From IMG/VR virus record IMGVR_UViG_3300044681_000510, positions 1-62,111 of that record: a DNA stretch of 62,111 nucleotides. One strand, given 5' to 3'. Positions 9,800 to 20,404 of the stretch are shown piece by piece. The DNA is from a virus. Taxonomy: Duplodnaviria > Caudoviricetes. The first letter of the stretch is position 1; every line of letters starts with the position of its first letter. The notes below the pieces were generated by a model, which ran no database searches, was not told the DNA's origin, and was given only the letters and a program-made list of their open reading frames with translations. The position numbers were made by a program, and so were the translations under genes.

Positions 9800-11415
9800 T
9801 ATTGTAACCCTAGTTGTGATAGATCAATTCCAGCCTGTTGAGCTACTTGAGCAATTCCCTGACCTCCAGTAGCCTGAAGATCCTGTTGGGCAGCTTGGGT
9901 GGCGGTATTAACGACTCCGTTGCTTATGGCTTGTCCAGCCTGCTGCTGCATCTGCATAGCCATTGCTTGCTGTTGAGCTATCTGTTGTTCTTGCATTATC
10001 TGCTCTTCAGATTTTACCCACATTCTTGGATCAAAACCAAGAGATGAAATTAAAGCCTTTGCATATGAATCCCATTTAAATGTTTGTAGGGCTTGTGGTG
10101 GAAGGTTTCTTACCATTTCACCCATTTGCATTAACTTCTGTAAATCTGAGTCTCTACTAAGAGCTTGTAATCCTGTTACAATTTCTATATTTAAAGTACC
10201 GTCTTTATCAAAAAATTGTTCATACATTCTATCATCCATGTCACCATTATTAAGCATTACGAATACAGTTCGTTTAATAATTGGTTCCATTAAATCTCTG
10301 GCAATCGCTGAGAAGGCTCCACCAAGAACTGTTTCTAATTCAGAACCAATCATTCTAACGGCTGTAGCGGTTACGCGATCACCAGTTGGTAATGCTCCTC
10401 TTGTCATTAAGAATGCATCAGATACTTCTTTACGCATTCCATCAACGGCAGCTGAAGTAGCCTGAATTTGTGGATTTAGTGTTTGGGACGGGCTTAAACA
10501 AAAGACATCATTTGTTCTTGCTGGTATAAAAGTACCGTTATTTGCGGATGAAATATCGTCAATTTCAGTAAGACCACTTGGATCTACTCCAATCCAGAAT
10601 GTAGAAGATGCAGCCATCCCCTCAATATGGGATTGTGTATAGTTTTCTAGTGTTGAAAGATCACCTAAAATATCTTCACAATGGGATCTTCCATAATTTT
10701 CACCAACAATACCATACCATCTTAAGGGAATAATTGGAAGAATAGAATATTCTCCTTCCATAATTAATTCACCTTCTTCGTCTTCTTTTCTAGCAAACCA
10801 AGTTTTTTCATCTTCACCTAGTTTATATTGACAATAAATAGTATTATAGCCAACTCTTGTTTCCATCCCGATACCTTCACCAAGAAGATCAACTTCTCCC
10901 TCTGGTTCGATTGGATAATATTCTAGATGAATTATTTCAATTACCTTACCTTGAACATTTCTTTGTAAGACATATTGATCTATTCTTAGGTTTTTAAAAG
11001 AAAAATTATCGTCCATAACAACTAATACATCTCCAACAATAATTAAATGTTGAAGAGCTTGAAATATGTTTTCTCTTAAATTTTGAGAAACAACTTTATT
11101 ATACACTTGATAACTAAGAGTTTCTAAATAAGCTTTTATTTCTGGTGTTGGTTCTGCACCATTCTTAAGACCAAACTTAAAAAATGGTGTATCATTTAGA
11201 GGCATAAGGGCTGATAGCATTCTACTTGCCATCGCAGTAACACCTCTGCTTGCTACAGAAGAATATGGTTGTGGTAATGCAGCATCTTCTGACCATCCTC
11301 TTGGTGGCAGAACAGATGGGATTGTTAGACTAGAGCATTTTCTGGCTAATTCGATTCGGTACTGTCTTCGCCCATCCAGTAGTCTAAATCTTTCGGCTAA
11401 GGTTTGTTCTGCCAT
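9799..11415 (-). CDS. Portal / head-tail connector (T7 gp8-like)
   Basis: LTIPS, SVASRGV..MAS, PFFKF, GENYGRS, RVTATAVR..GSELE..LGG. Confidence 0.95.
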   Translation of the reverse strand: MAEQTLAERFRLLDGRRQYRIELARKCSSLTIPSVLPPRGWSEDAALPQPYSSVASRGVTAMASRMLSALMPLNDTPFFKFGLKNGAEPTPEIKAYLETLSYQVYNKVVSQNLRENIFQALQHLIIVGDVLVVMDDNFSFKNLRIDQYVLQRNVQGKVIEIIHLEYYPIEPEGEVDLLGEGIGMETRVGYNTIYCQYKLGEDEKTWFARKEDEEGELIMEGEYSILPIIPLRWYGIVGENYGRSHCEDILGDLSTLENYTQSHIEGMAASSTFWIGVDPSGLTEIDDISSANNGTFIPARTNDVFCLSPSQTLNPQIQATSAAVDGMRKEVSDAFLMTRGALPTGDRVTATAVRMIGSELETVLGGAFSAIARDLMEPIIKRTVFVMLNNGDMDDRMYEQFFDKDGTLNIEIVTGLQALSRDSDLQKLMQMGEMVRNLPPQALQTFKWDSYAKALISSLGFDPRMWVKSEEQIMQEQQIAQQQAMAMQMQQQAGQAISNGVVNTATQAAQQDLQATGGQGIAQVAQQAGIDLSQLGLQ

Positions 11416-11423
11416 TATTTACC

Positions 11424-11762
11424 TCACTCTGGTCTTGATTGATTAGAAGATAATCCTCTGTATAAACTATCATAAAAACCTGAACTAAGCCTTGTTTGAT
11501 CTGTTTCTTCTTCTTCAGAAACAGCTTTAATTTCTTCCGCTAGTTCAGCTTCAGCAGCCTGCTGCGATGCAATTTTTTCGGCTTCTGCTAATTTTTGAGC
11601 CTCTAAAAGTTCCTTTTCTGCGGAAATTCTTTCTTTTTCCATCTGCTCAATTTTTGACATTCTTTCTTTTTCAGCTTGGTCAGCATATTTTCTTTGTTCG
11701 GCTAATAACTCTTGATATTCAGCCTGAGTCATACCGCCGGATATTGTAGGTGCTCCACCCAT
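11424..11762 (-). CDS. Putative virion protein (gp6.7/7.3-like position)
   Basis: MGG start, coiled coil, directly upstream of portal. Confidence 0.6.
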   Translation of the reverse strand: MGGAPTISGGMTQAEYQELLAEQRKYADQAEKERMSKIEQMEKERISAEKELLEAQKLAEAEKIASQQAAEAELAEEIKAVSEEEETDQTRLSSGFYDSLYRGLSSNQSRPE

Positions 11763-11773
11763 AATAATTCTCC

Positions 11774-12904
11774 TTAAATTGGTCTTGCCTTAAACTGAGG
11801 CGTTTTTTTAATCGTACGATCAAATTTAGATACCATACCAGCTCTTGCAACAGCCTGTTCTCTAGGGGATACCATTGCTTCTTTGATTGTTACTCTTTCT
11901 TTTTGTTGAACAACATCCACTGGTCTTAGTGATTTTTGAATTGCCTGTAGAGAACCTAATGTAGCTTCTTTTGTACCTCTGGCGGCAGTTAATGAAGTTT
12001 CTGCTGATCTAAGTATTTTTGGTAGTTCAGAAGACATGTTTTTGGCTGTGTCTAAAACAGCTTTATTATATGTTTCGAACCAATCTTTATCAAACTTAGA
12101 ACCAGATTTTAAATATTTTTGTTGATAAGTATTTCTAAGAGATATATTTTTTTCATATTCGGCTTTCAAAGTATTCCAACCTTTTAAATCAGCCATTGAT
12201 AATATATCTTCTGATACCTGTAGTTTGTTGTTAGCTTTATAGAACTTATCTAATTCGGTTTGTAATGAAGATAAACCAGAACCAGAAACGCCATATAGCT
12301 TATTAAGCTCTTCCAGTCTTGACTGTCTTACTCTAAGTGATTCTAACTTAGGTCTAACATCAAAAGCAGATTTAATATTAAGTTGTTTTAATAAATTAGC
12401 TTCTTCTTCTTGAAGTGATTTTAATTTATCTTGTATTTGAGGTGTTCTTGGTTGTCTTGTTGTACCAGTTCCTCTTCTCATTCCAGTTTTTGGTAGTATT
12501 TGAGATATGGAAGAACTTAATTCTTGAACTCTTTGTAATGTTTCTATTTGTTTTTTTGTTTCAACAAGGGGAGATGAAATGTTTTGTTGATTTGTTTTTG
12601 ATTGTTGTCCAAAGAATTCAAAAGCACCCAACACTTCTTTTGTTGGTTTTTTAGCTACCTGAAAAGATTCTGCTTGTTTAATTAATGGAGCTATTTCATC
12701 TCGTCTTTGTCTAATTACGGTATCAGGTTCACCCATTACTCTTTGTCTTGGCCTAATAGCGGTAGGAGTAACTTGGGTAGGTTTTAATCTAGATGTTATG
12801 GTTTGTTGCCTTGCTAATAATGACTCTCTTTGTTGTTGCTGTTCTCTAATTACTTGTGCTCTCTTAATTAGATCAGCTAAATATGAGGAATTAAAATTAG
12901 ACAT
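11774..12904 (-). CDS. Hypothetical coiled-coil protein
   Basis: Long Q/K/R-rich ORF with AAGGAG RBS; no recognisable motif. Confidence 0.65.
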   Translation of the reverse strand: MSNFNSSYLADLIKRAQVIREQQQQRESLLARQQTITSRLKPTQVTPTAIRPRQRVMGEPDTVIRQRRDEIAPLIKQAESFQVAKKPTKEVLGAFEFFGQQSKTNQQNISSPLVETKKQIETLQRVQELSSSISQILPKTGMRRGTGTTRQPRTPQIQDKLKSLQEEEANLLKQLNIKSAFDVRPKLESLRVRQSRLEELNKLYGVSGSGLSSLQTELDKFYKANNKLQVSEDILSMADLKGWNTLKAEYEKNISLRNTYQQKYLKSGSKFDKDWFETYNKAVLDTAKNMSSELPKILRSAETSLTAARGTKEATLGSLQAIQKSLRPVDVVQQKERVTIKEAMVSPREQAVARAGMVSKFDRTIKKTPQFKARPI

Positions 12905-13091
12905 TAAATCTCTCCTTTTTCTGCTTTTCATAAGCCAATCTTAACTTTTGTACAACATCTAGTTGACCAGCAGCAAACGCAGATTCCCTAGTAAAATCCT
13001 CAGAGCTTAAATCCTGACTGTATGGAAGAGGCTTGTATATTTTTTCCAGTATCAGTACCAGTTCCTCGCTTATTTGTGGAAATTGATTCAT
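12897..13091 (-). CDS. Conserved small T7-like hypothetical protein
   Basis: FPQISEELV..LE..Y...AGQ.DVV..L pattern seen upstream of portal in T7-like phages. Confidence 0.7.
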   Translation of the reverse strand: MNQFPQISEELVLILEKIYKPLPYSQDLSSEDFTRESAFAAGQLDVVQKLRLAYEKQKKERFNV

Positions 13092-13233
13092 TATGTAGGT
13101 TCTTTAAATTATTAATTTCTGTTTGTAATTCTTCAACCTTTTCAAAAAGCGTTTTAACTACTAAAGCTAATTCTGGGGTTGATAAAGTTGTTCCTAGTTT
13201 AAGTCTTGTTGACATTTGTTCTCTTGAATACAT
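13000..13233 (-). CDS. Hypothetical protein
   Basis: AAGGA RBS; short coiled coil; overlaps next gene. Confidence 0.55.
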   Translation of the reverse strand: MYSREQMSTRLKLGTTLSTPELALVVKTLFEKVEELQTEINNLKNLHNESISTNKRGTGTDTGKNIQASSIQSGFKL

Positions 13234-13242
13234 ATTAATTCC

Positions 13243-15126
13243 TTATGATAAATCTACAATTTCACAAGCACCAGCAGTACAGGCCATAGCATGAGAAGAC
13301 TTAGTTGAATCTGTCTTTTCGTATTCCTGTAACAACGACCAATCCACATCTACTTTTGGATATAGGTTGTATGTTCTAGCATCAATCTCTTCAAATGGAG
13401 CCTGAGCATAAACATGATCAGACTTTGGTAAAAACGAGATACCAGAAATTTCATTAAAGTTTTCATATACCCATTGTCCTATAGCTAGAAATTCATCATC
13501 TCCATAAGAGACTGTAATTGATGGTTTGTGGTGGCAGTATGATTGCTGATATGTATGCCATAGTTCAAGATGATCTAAAGCTCTAAGATTTTTTTGTGTA
13601 ATAGAATCTTCAGGAGCTTTCTGAGCAAATGTAAAGATACCAGTTGAATCTGGATTCATTACACAATCTTCACAAGGAACTCCAGCATCTTTCATAAACT
13701 GATACATAGGATCTTTCTTATCAATCCGTACCCGTCTATAATAGAAGTGAGAGTATCTTGGGTGTAGACCGCTAGATGAATCAGCAAGACAGCTTGTTGT
13801 TCCTTCTGGCTTAATACATGTAATTGATTTACTTGGATTAATTCCCAGTTTTTCGGACCACTCAAGATTTATTTTTACAGCATGTTCTCTAAGAGACTCT
13901 AGAGCATGAGCAAGCTTACCCATTCCCTTGGAGCCATTCATAAGAGAGTTATCAAAGATACCAGTCATTGATACTCCAAGTAGTCTTTCTTCTTTACAGT
14001 TGTTTGCCCAATCTTCAGAAAGATATGGGAAGTGGGTAAACATACTTTGGATAGTACCAATAATAGTAGCCATTTCAATTTTCTTTTTGATTGTGGTTAT
14101 TGTATCCTCTTGTCTTAAGACAATCGTACTGAGATTGCAGAATTGATTCGGCCTGAGAATTATTTCTGAACATGGGTTTGTACCATACTCTATGTCGCTT
14201 CTTCTTCCAGACTTTTCCGCTATTATTTTCATCGCGTGACGATTGCATATTCCTCGTTCTCCTGAGTGAGAGTTATACAATTCAGTCCATTCCTCAAGGA
14301 ACTGACCAAGGGGTGGACGATTCTGATAGATTGCTGAGTTATTAGCAAGTGCTCTATGACCACTAGATGCCCACCAAGAACCGCTTTTACACTTGGCCAT
14401 CTCACGATCAGATAGGTCTGAAAGTGAAATCATAGCAGACCTACGAACACCACCAACAATAACTGATTGAGCAATCTTACAACAAATATCGTGACATTCT
14501 AATGCTGTTAATTTACGACCTTTTGCAGCATAGAATGTTTGTGTGACAAATCTAAATACTTCTTCCAAGGGACCGGGACCACTTGCACGACCACCAAATG
14601 TCTTTAGTTTAGCACCTGCTGGTCTTACTCTGCTAGTATCCCATTTTGGATGAACACCCTCATATAGGTTGCATATTAGATCAAATAAAGAATCACACCA
14701 ACCTTCTCTTGAATCAGGTACTTCAATAATCTTATTAAAATTCTTTTCAATTTTATTAGGAACTACTGGTAGTTTTTCTGTACAACGATGTTCAACAGAA
14801 TATCCTACACCAGTACCACACATAAGAATATACATAAGAGTACTGAATGATCTTGCTGAATCAATATCTAAGTAAGAACAGTTATATAAAGCAGTGTGAT
14901 CTCTATCTAGTGCTGGTCCAGCAGTCATAAGACCGCGCATACTTGGTAATACTTGTAGATTTAAAATAGCATCTTTAATATCTGGTCTAGTTGCTAATTG
15001 TGGTGCTTTGCTTGTAAAGTAATCCCACCAACGGTCTACTGTTTCTGACCAAGTTTCTCTACGATTCTCTGACTCAATCCAACGACTATAACGACTTAGT
15101 GCAATAAAGTTTTGAAATGTATTCAT
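13243..15126 (-). CDS. nrdJ: Class II (B12-dependent, monomeric) ribonucleotide reductase
   Basis: LPSMR, LYNCSY, GGVRRSA, TNPCSEI catalytic motif, IKPEGT, C-terminal CTAGAC. Confidence 0.93.
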   Translation of the reverse strand: MNTFQNFIALSRYSRWIESENRRETWSETVDRWWDYFTSKAPQLATRPDIKDAILNLQVLPSMRGLMTAGPALDRDHTALYNCSYLDIDSARSFSTLMYILMCGTGVGYSVEHRCTEKLPVVPNKIEKNFNKIIEVPDSREGWCDSLFDLICNLYEGVHPKWDTSRVRPAGAKLKTFGGRASGPGPLEEVFRFVTQTFYAAKGRKLTALECHDICCKIAQSVIVGGVRRSAMISLSDLSDREMAKCKSGSWWASSGHRALANNSAIYQNRPPLGQFLEEWTELYNSHSGERGICNRHAMKIIAEKSGRRSDIEYGTNPCSEIILRPNQFCNLSTIVLRQEDTITTIKKKIEMATIIGTIQSMFTHFPYLSEDWANNCKEERLLGVSMTGIFDNSLMNGSKGMGKLAHALESLREHAVKINLEWSEKLGINPSKSITCIKPEGTTSCLADSSSGLHPRYSHFYYRRVRIDKKDPMYQFMKDAGVPCEDCVMNPDSTGIFTFAQKAPEDSITQKNLRALDHLELWHTYQQSYCHHKPSITVSYGDDEFLAIGQWVYENFNEISGISFLPKSDHVYAQAPFEEIDARTYNLYPKVDVDWSLLQEYEKTDSTKSSHAMACTAGACEIVDLS

Positions 15127-15666
15127 TTAGTTTTTTCCTGTTGATCCAAAGCCACCACTACTTCTTATTGTATCGTTTAAACTATAAACATGCTTTAAAA
15201 AAGGTGAAAAATAATCTAATATAACCAATTGGGCTATTCTATCACCATTAAGTAAAGTATGTCGTTTTGACGAAGAAAAGTTTCTAAGGGGAACTAAAAT
15301 TTCTCCCCTATAATCTGAGTCAATTACTCCAACGCCATTTGTTAAACCAAGTGGAGATTCAACAGATAGGCCGGATCTAATGAATAAAAGACCTACTTTA
15401 CCCTTAGGAATTTCTATTGAAACTCCTGTAGGAACTAGGTGTGTTTCTCCGGCCCTAAATAAAAGGTTGTTTGAAGACAGGTTAGCAATTAGGTCAAAAC
15501 CAGCCGAACCCTCTGTTTTTTGTTTAGGGGTATATCTTGAAACAATGTTTACTGTATTGGGGTGTTTTTTCTTTTTCTTTTTCTTTAGACCCCCTAGCAA
15601 TCTTGTCTTCAAAGCGGTTATTTTAGTCCGCATTAAGTAAATATAGTAATGTATTGTATTAAACAT
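15127..15666 (-). CDS. dut: Trimeric dUTPase with basic N-terminal extension
   Basis: SAGFDL, RSGL, GVIDSDYRGE, GDRIAQL, RSSGGFGSTG (motifs I-V). Confidence 0.93.
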   Translation of the reverse strand: MFNTIHYYIYLMRTKITALKTRLLGGLKKKKKKKHPNTVNIVSRYTPKQKTEGSAGFDLIANLSSNNLLFRAGETHLVPTGVSIEIPKGKVGLLFIRSGLSVESPLGLTNGVGVIDSDYRGEILVPLRNFSSSKRHTLLNGDRIAQLVILDYFSPFLKHVYSLNDTIRSSGGFGSTGKN

Positions 15667-15686
15667 TGCTTAACCCTTTCTGAAAA

Positions 15687-15706
15687 TATCTATTAGCTCC
15701 AACAAT
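15687..15706 (-). promoter_or_regulatory. Putative phage RNAP promoter (degenerate copy)
   Basis: ATTGTTGGAGCTAATAGATA resembles the ATAGTTGGRGCTAnnGATA repeat, with one extra base. Confidence 0.45.
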
Positions 15707-16457
15707 TGGGAGTCCATAGTTTAATTTCTTTATCAATATCTTTTGATGTTATTTTCTTCTCTGAAACATCCCCACATCTTAGGATTCTTACACATCTAGC
15801 CATAGCTAAACAATAATCATAGGTATATTTTTCTTTATTTCTATCTTTAGCTTGTTCATATGTAGCCAAAACCGCTTGAGTCCAATCTGATTTAGATACA
15901 CTATCTATTAATTTATTTGCTTTGGCTGGACCCATTTTCCATATACCCGGAATATTATCGGTCGTATCTCCGGTAAGCCATTGGATATGGAAGTTTCTAT
16001 CGGCTTCTTCTTCAGATACTAGGACTGGCTCTAGCTCCTTATCCGGGTTCCAATGCCATCCCGGTACACTGCGAAGATCCTTGTCGATTGTGACCGCTAT
16101 ACAGCTTCTAGAGGGGCTTGAGGCAGCTATCCCCATGAAATCATCTGCCTCAATTTGATTACCACACACAAAGTGTTGGCACTCCTCTTTCAGGACATCT
16201 TCTACTTCAAGCCTACATTCAGGGCTTTGTTTTCCAGTATCCCTGTGGGCTTTATAAGAGTCCCATAACTTTCTTCTAAAGTTTTTTGATCTAGGACAAG
16301 AAAAAGCGACTAATACTTCAGTCACCTTTGGGGGTGTCCACTTTACTATGGCATCTTTAACCCAGTCCTCTACATCCTCAATACCTTCAGAATCAGCTCT
16401 AAAGGCAATACGATAAGCTAAAATATCTCCATCAAGAATTGCCTTCATTTTTTTCAT
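15693..16457 (-). CDS. 5'-3' exonuclease (T7 gp6-like)
   Basis: LDGDILAY, NFRR, YKAHR, EADD, DKDL, GDTTDNIPG. Confidence 0.92.
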   Translation of the reverse strand: MKKMKAILDGDILAYRIAFRADSEGIEDVEDWVKDAIVKWTPPKVTEVLVAFSCPRSKNFRRKLWDSYKAHRDTGKQSPECRLEVEDVLKEECQHFVCGNQIEADDFMGIAASSPSRSCIAVTIDKDLRSVPGWHWNPDKELEPVLVSEEEADRNFHIQWLTGDTTDNIPGIWKMGPAKANKLIDSVSKSDWTQAVLATYEQAKDRNKEKYTYDYCLAMARCVRILRCGDVSEKKITSKDIDKEIKLWTPNCWS

Positions 16458-17184
16458 CCTCTTCTTCTAAAGCTTTTTCCAGAATATCCATAAGTTCATT
16501 TATGATTTTTTCTGGATCTGGATCTCTATCTTCTCGTCTAGCGGTACATAGTTCACACCCACACTCATCTTGATTTTCTGAAAAGTTAATAGTTAACCCT
16601 AACCACTTATTCATATTAGCTAGACAATGATTTTTTAATGCATTTAAAGTACTATCGTTGGTAACTGTATATTTAAACATCTCTAGATAGTCTTTATTTC
16701 CAGCCTCAATATGGTTTGCTAGTTCTTCGCTTGGGTGCATTCTCCACTCAGCATCTTCATCAATAATTCGTCTTTTACCCTGCTTGACAAAAATAGATAC
16801 AGCGTTTAAGTCTCTAGCTGCTGCAACCTCATTTACATAACGACAGTCATCTACAATAATAATTCTCTCTTTCCAAAACTCGGCATTTAGTAATAGATCG
16901 TTTGTTTCTTCTTTTTCAATTTCTTTTACACGCTTCTTCCATTCATTTACCCAATGATCTGGGTTTTTAACCCGCATGGATTCGCCTAGTGTTTGGCAAA
17001 AGTTTCGATATTCGGCTGGATTACTATCCTTAGTAAGTCCCTTTGCTTTTGCGGCTTCTTTAATACCATGAGCAAAAGGAACAATCTTGGGGGTAAGATT
17101 ATTTTCTAATGCAAACTCAGCAATAATATTAGCTACGGTTGTCTTACCAACTCGTCCTTTACCGCCTATAATAACTGTAATCAT
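16432..17184 (-). CDS. Deoxynucleoside monophosphate kinase
   Basis: P-loop GGKGRVGKTT, PFAHGIKE, IIVDDCRYVNE, HPSE; Cys-containing acidic tail. Confidence 0.75.
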   Translation of the reverse strand: MITVIIGGKGRVGKTTVANIIAEFALENNLTPKIVPFAHGIKEAAKAKGLTKDSNPAEYRNFCQTLGESMRVKNPDHWVNEWKKRVKEIEKEETNDLLLNAEFWKERIIIVDDCRYVNEVAAARDLNAVSIFVKQGKRRIIDEDAEWRMHPSEELANHIEAGNKDYLEMFKYTVTNDSTLNALKNHCLANMNKWLGLTINFSENQDECGCELCTARREDRDPDPEKIINELMDILEKALEEEDEKNEGNS

Positions 17185-17632
17185 TTCTTACCTCCTCAAG
17201 AAAACGATGGGGGATATGACCCATCTTATAGTTATAACCAAGATTTTTATTAAGCCAGTTTTGGGCTAAAGTACCACAATGATTAACTTTAAAACCAAGC
17301 CATCTCCCAACTAAATACCATAACAACACTTTATACCAAGTTGATATCTTTTGTGTATCAGTTATATGTTTAATTTGTTCTAAACATATTTCTTTAGTCC
17401 CCATAAACTTTTTATATAATAACTTAGCACCTCTTTTTTCTAACATATATTCTGTAATTAATCTACATCGCTCTCCATCCACCACCATCGGAGAGAGACT
17501 AGAAAAAGGAAGATCAAAAATAATTCCAACATGATTGACTCTAGAGAAGGTGCTCGATTTAATGAGTAAAGTTCTCCACCATCCAAGTCCTTTTGAATTG
17601 TCATAAAATGCAAGGTATATCTCCGCTTTCAT
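17159..17632 (-). CDS. Putative permuted papain-like (NlpC/P60, YiiX-type) enzyme
   Basis: SRVNHVGI (His) precedes NHCGTL (Cys), the permuted catalytic order. Confidence 0.5.
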   Translation of the reverse strand: MKAEIYLAFYDNSKGLGWWRTLLIKSSTFSRVNHVGIIFDLPFSSLSPMVVDGERCRLITEYMLEKRGAKLLYKKFMGTKEICLEQIKHITDTQKISTWYKVLLWYLVGRWLGFKVNHCGTLAQNWLNKNLGYNYKMGHIPHRFLEEVRNDYSYYRR

Positions 17633-17640
17633 AGAAATCC

Positions 17641-19338
17641 TTAATGAGTCTCACTCCAATTAGATCCAATAGAATAGTTTGCATCAATCCGTATCTTAAG
17701 CCCCAACTTTTGGCCAGCTTCGGTAGCAGCAGCAGTTACAGTTTTACCAACCTCATCTGCAATATCTTTATGACATGAATATTGTAATTCATCGTGTACA
17801 TAAGCAACCTGTTTAACTTTATCGCCAAACTTTTTCTTAAGATTTACATAAGCAATACACATCCACAATTTACTAACAATAGCACCAGATCCTTGTAATA
17901 GTGTATTTAATGCTGCGTGTTCGGATCTAACAGGAACAATTCTTCCATCTGGTAATTGAACACCTTTAATTTTGGTAACAGAAAACTTAACTTCTTGCTG
18001 AACACGGTCTAGTGCAGGAATTTCTTTTTGAAACTTAGCTCTAATTTGACTACCAGCATTACGATTACCGCCGATAATTTTACCTAACTTTTCATCACCA
18101 GCACCATAGCAGTAGGCATAGATAAAGGTTTTGGCTGCATCTCTATTAGGAAGACCGGCTGCTTTTTGATTGTAAGTGTGAATATCATCATTAAGAATCT
18201 TATCACCATACTTACCGTTGTCGTATTTAGCCATAAAATGGGATAGCATTCTTAATTCAAGACCTTGTAAGTCTGAGCCTACTAATACATGCTCCGGCTC
18301 TAGGGGGCAGAATAAAGCCCTAGCACGCTTGTCTTTACTAACCTGAGCCATGTTAGGCTGGCTATGGGTGCAACGCCCTGTAGCGGCTCCCTGTGCGTTT
18401 ACAAGCCCGTGAACACGACCGTCCCTAGAGTGTTGGATTCTTGTGTTCCAATCCTCAACCTGACCCATTAATTTAATACAATCAAAATATTGAACTAGCT
18501 TTTTTGCTTCGGGATAATCCAGTTTAGACAAAACTGATTCATCAACCTTGGGATTACCTTTATCTGTAAGGGGGGCTTCCCACCCATACTTATCAAACAA
18601 TCTACTTGCGATTTGCTGACGGCTACCGGGATTAAAAACTTCAATTTTATCCTTAAGACGCTTACCTGTTTTGGTTGACCATCTTTCTTCAACTTTGTCT
18701 GGAAAGATAGTTCGCATCTCATCTTCGATCTGAGCCTTCTCAATAAGAAGATCTCCGATTAGGCGGTCGCCGCCAGCAGCATCATAACCAAAACCAGTAA
18801 AGGTTTGTTCAGAAAGTATTTTAGATACTAGGTGTTCAAACTTAATTACTCGCTCTGGGACTTGACAGACAGATTGTTGATAGCGAAAGATATCTGCCGT
18901 AAGCATAACATCCTGAGTACAGTATACTAACATCTCATCACTAAACTTTTCCCACCCTCCTTTATAATCAATTTTATCATTCTTAAGGAATTTACCCCAA
19001 GATTGTAATGAGTTATCTCCAAGAGGATGATTATTAATATCTGGATACATTAGCTTTGATATGATTAATGTATCGTGATATTTAGTACACTTAAAGTTAC
19101 CAAGAATCTTACGAATAGCAGAAATATCAAAGAAAATATTATGACCGATTATTAGGGATGCTTTATTTAAAAGACTTGGTAGGGTCACAATATTTTCTGG
19201 AGTAAACTTATAAGTAGTACCTGAGTCAAGATCGTGTGCTACAGCACAGTGAATAATAGTAGCTTCTGGAGTAATTTTGTTACCATCAATAGCAACTTCA
19301 TTTAATCCATTAGCTTCAACATCAAGTACTAGTCTCAT
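17641..19338 (-). CDS. Family A DNA polymerase with 3'-5' exonuclease (T7 gp5-like)
   Basis: DVEANG, GHNIFFD, YCTQD, TGRCTHSQPNMAQV, DLQGLELR, KTFIYAYCYG, HAALNTLLQG, VHDE. Confidence 0.96.
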   Translation of the reverse strand: MRLVLDVEANGLNEVAIDGNKITPEATIIHCAVAHDLDSGTTYKFTPENIVTLPSLLNKASLIIGHNIFFDISAIRKILGNFKCTKYHDTLIISKLMYPDINNHPLGDNSLQSWGKFLKNDKIDYKGGWEKFSDEMLVYCTQDVMLTADIFRYQQSVCQVPERVIKFEHLVSKILSEQTFTGFGYDAAGGDRLIGDLLIEKAQIEDEMRTIFPDKVEERWSTKTGKRLKDKIEVFNPGSRQQIASRLFDKYGWEAPLTDKGNPKVDESVLSKLDYPEAKKLVQYFDCIKLMGQVEDWNTRIQHSRDGRVHGLVNAQGAATGRCTHSQPNMAQVSKDKRARALFCPLEPEHVLVGSDLQGLELRMLSHFMAKYDNGKYGDKILNDDIHTYNQKAAGLPNRDAAKTFIYAYCYGAGDEKLGKIIGGNRNAGSQIRAKFQKEIPALDRVQQEVKFSVTKIKGVQLPDGRIVPVRSEHAALNTLLQGSGAIVSKLWMCIAYVNLKKKFGDKVKQVAYVHDELQYSCHKDIADEVGKTVTAAATEAGQKLGLKIRIDANYSIGSNWSETH

Positions 19339-19348
19339 AGGCTACTCC

Positions 19349-20404
19349 TTATTCAAAGAAATCATTAAGCTGTCTATTAACTCTAACGAATGTAGTTCTC
19401 TTAGGTAGATCTTTTAGTTTATCAGCACCAACATAAGTACACGCTGATCTTACACCACCTAGAATGGACTTCATTACTTCTGATATTGGGCCAGTATATG
19501 GAACATCTACGGTCTTACCTTCCGATGCTCTGTAGGTAGCCACACCTCCAGAATACTTTTCCATAGCCGTATCTGATGACATTCCATAAAACCTCTTGTG
19601 GGTAATTGTATCACTTTCGTTATATACATCCTCACCAGACGCTTCATTAGTACCAGCAAACATACCACCAATCATAACAAAATCTGCACCCGCTCCAAAT
19701 GCCTTGGATACATCGCCCGGACAAGTACATCCACCGTCTGAGAGAACATATCCATTAAGTCCGTGTGCGGCATCAGCACACTCCATGATACACGATAGCT
19801 GCGGATATCCAACACCAGCAATCTTTCTAGTTGTACACACAGAACCGGGGCCAATACCAATCTTGATAATATTAGCACCAGCTAACAATAAAGCTTCAGT
19901 CATTTCGCGTGATACAACATTACCAGCAATAATTGCTTGGTTAGGAAATAAACCCCGCACTGTTGACACATACTTTACAAACTTTTCAGTATAACCATTA
20001 GCAACATCAATACAAATAAATCGGATGCTTGGGTATAGATTAATAATTTGTTGAGCCTTATCAATCTCAGCAAAGTTATCTTTACCCATTCCCATCGTAT
20101 ATACTATATTATCCGAAAGATTACCAGCAATAATATTTGCTTTTTTCCATTCATCTACACTATAGTATTTGTGTATTGCAGTTAGTGAGTCAAAACCAGC
20201 AAGCTCTGTAGCAACATCCCAATTACCAATAGTATCCATATTACTAGCAACAATAGGAACTCCAGTCCATTGCATAAGACCTGATGGTAGACTAAACTTA
20301 AATGTTCTTAACATAGACACTTCGCTTCTACTTCTTAAGGTAGAACGCTTTGGTCTAATTAGAACATCACGAAAATCTAATTTAATATCTTCTTCTACTT
20401 TCAT
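19349..20404 (-). CDS. guaC: GMP reductase
   Basis: KLDFRDVLIRPKRSTLRSRS, SNMD, DVANGY, GIGPGSVCTTR, SDGGC, FYGMSS, YRASEG, GGVRSACTY. Confidence 0.95.
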   Translation of the reverse strand: MKVEEDIKLDFRDVLIRPKRSTLRSRSEVSMLRTFKFSLPSGLMQWTGVPIVASNMDTIGNWDVATELAGFDSLTAIHKYYSVDEWKKANIIAGNLSDNIVYTMGMGKDNFAEIDKAQQIINLYPSIRFICIDVANGYTEKFVKYVSTVRGLFPNQAIIAGNVVSREMTEALLLAGANIIKIGIGPGSVCTTRKIAGVGYPQLSCIMECADAAHGLNGYVLSDGGCTCPGDVSKAFGAGADFVMIGGMFAGTNEASGEDVYNESDTITHKRFYGMSSDTAMEKYSGGVATYRASEGKTVDVPYTGPISEVMKSILGGVRSACTYVGADKLKDLPKRTTFVRVNRQLNDFFE

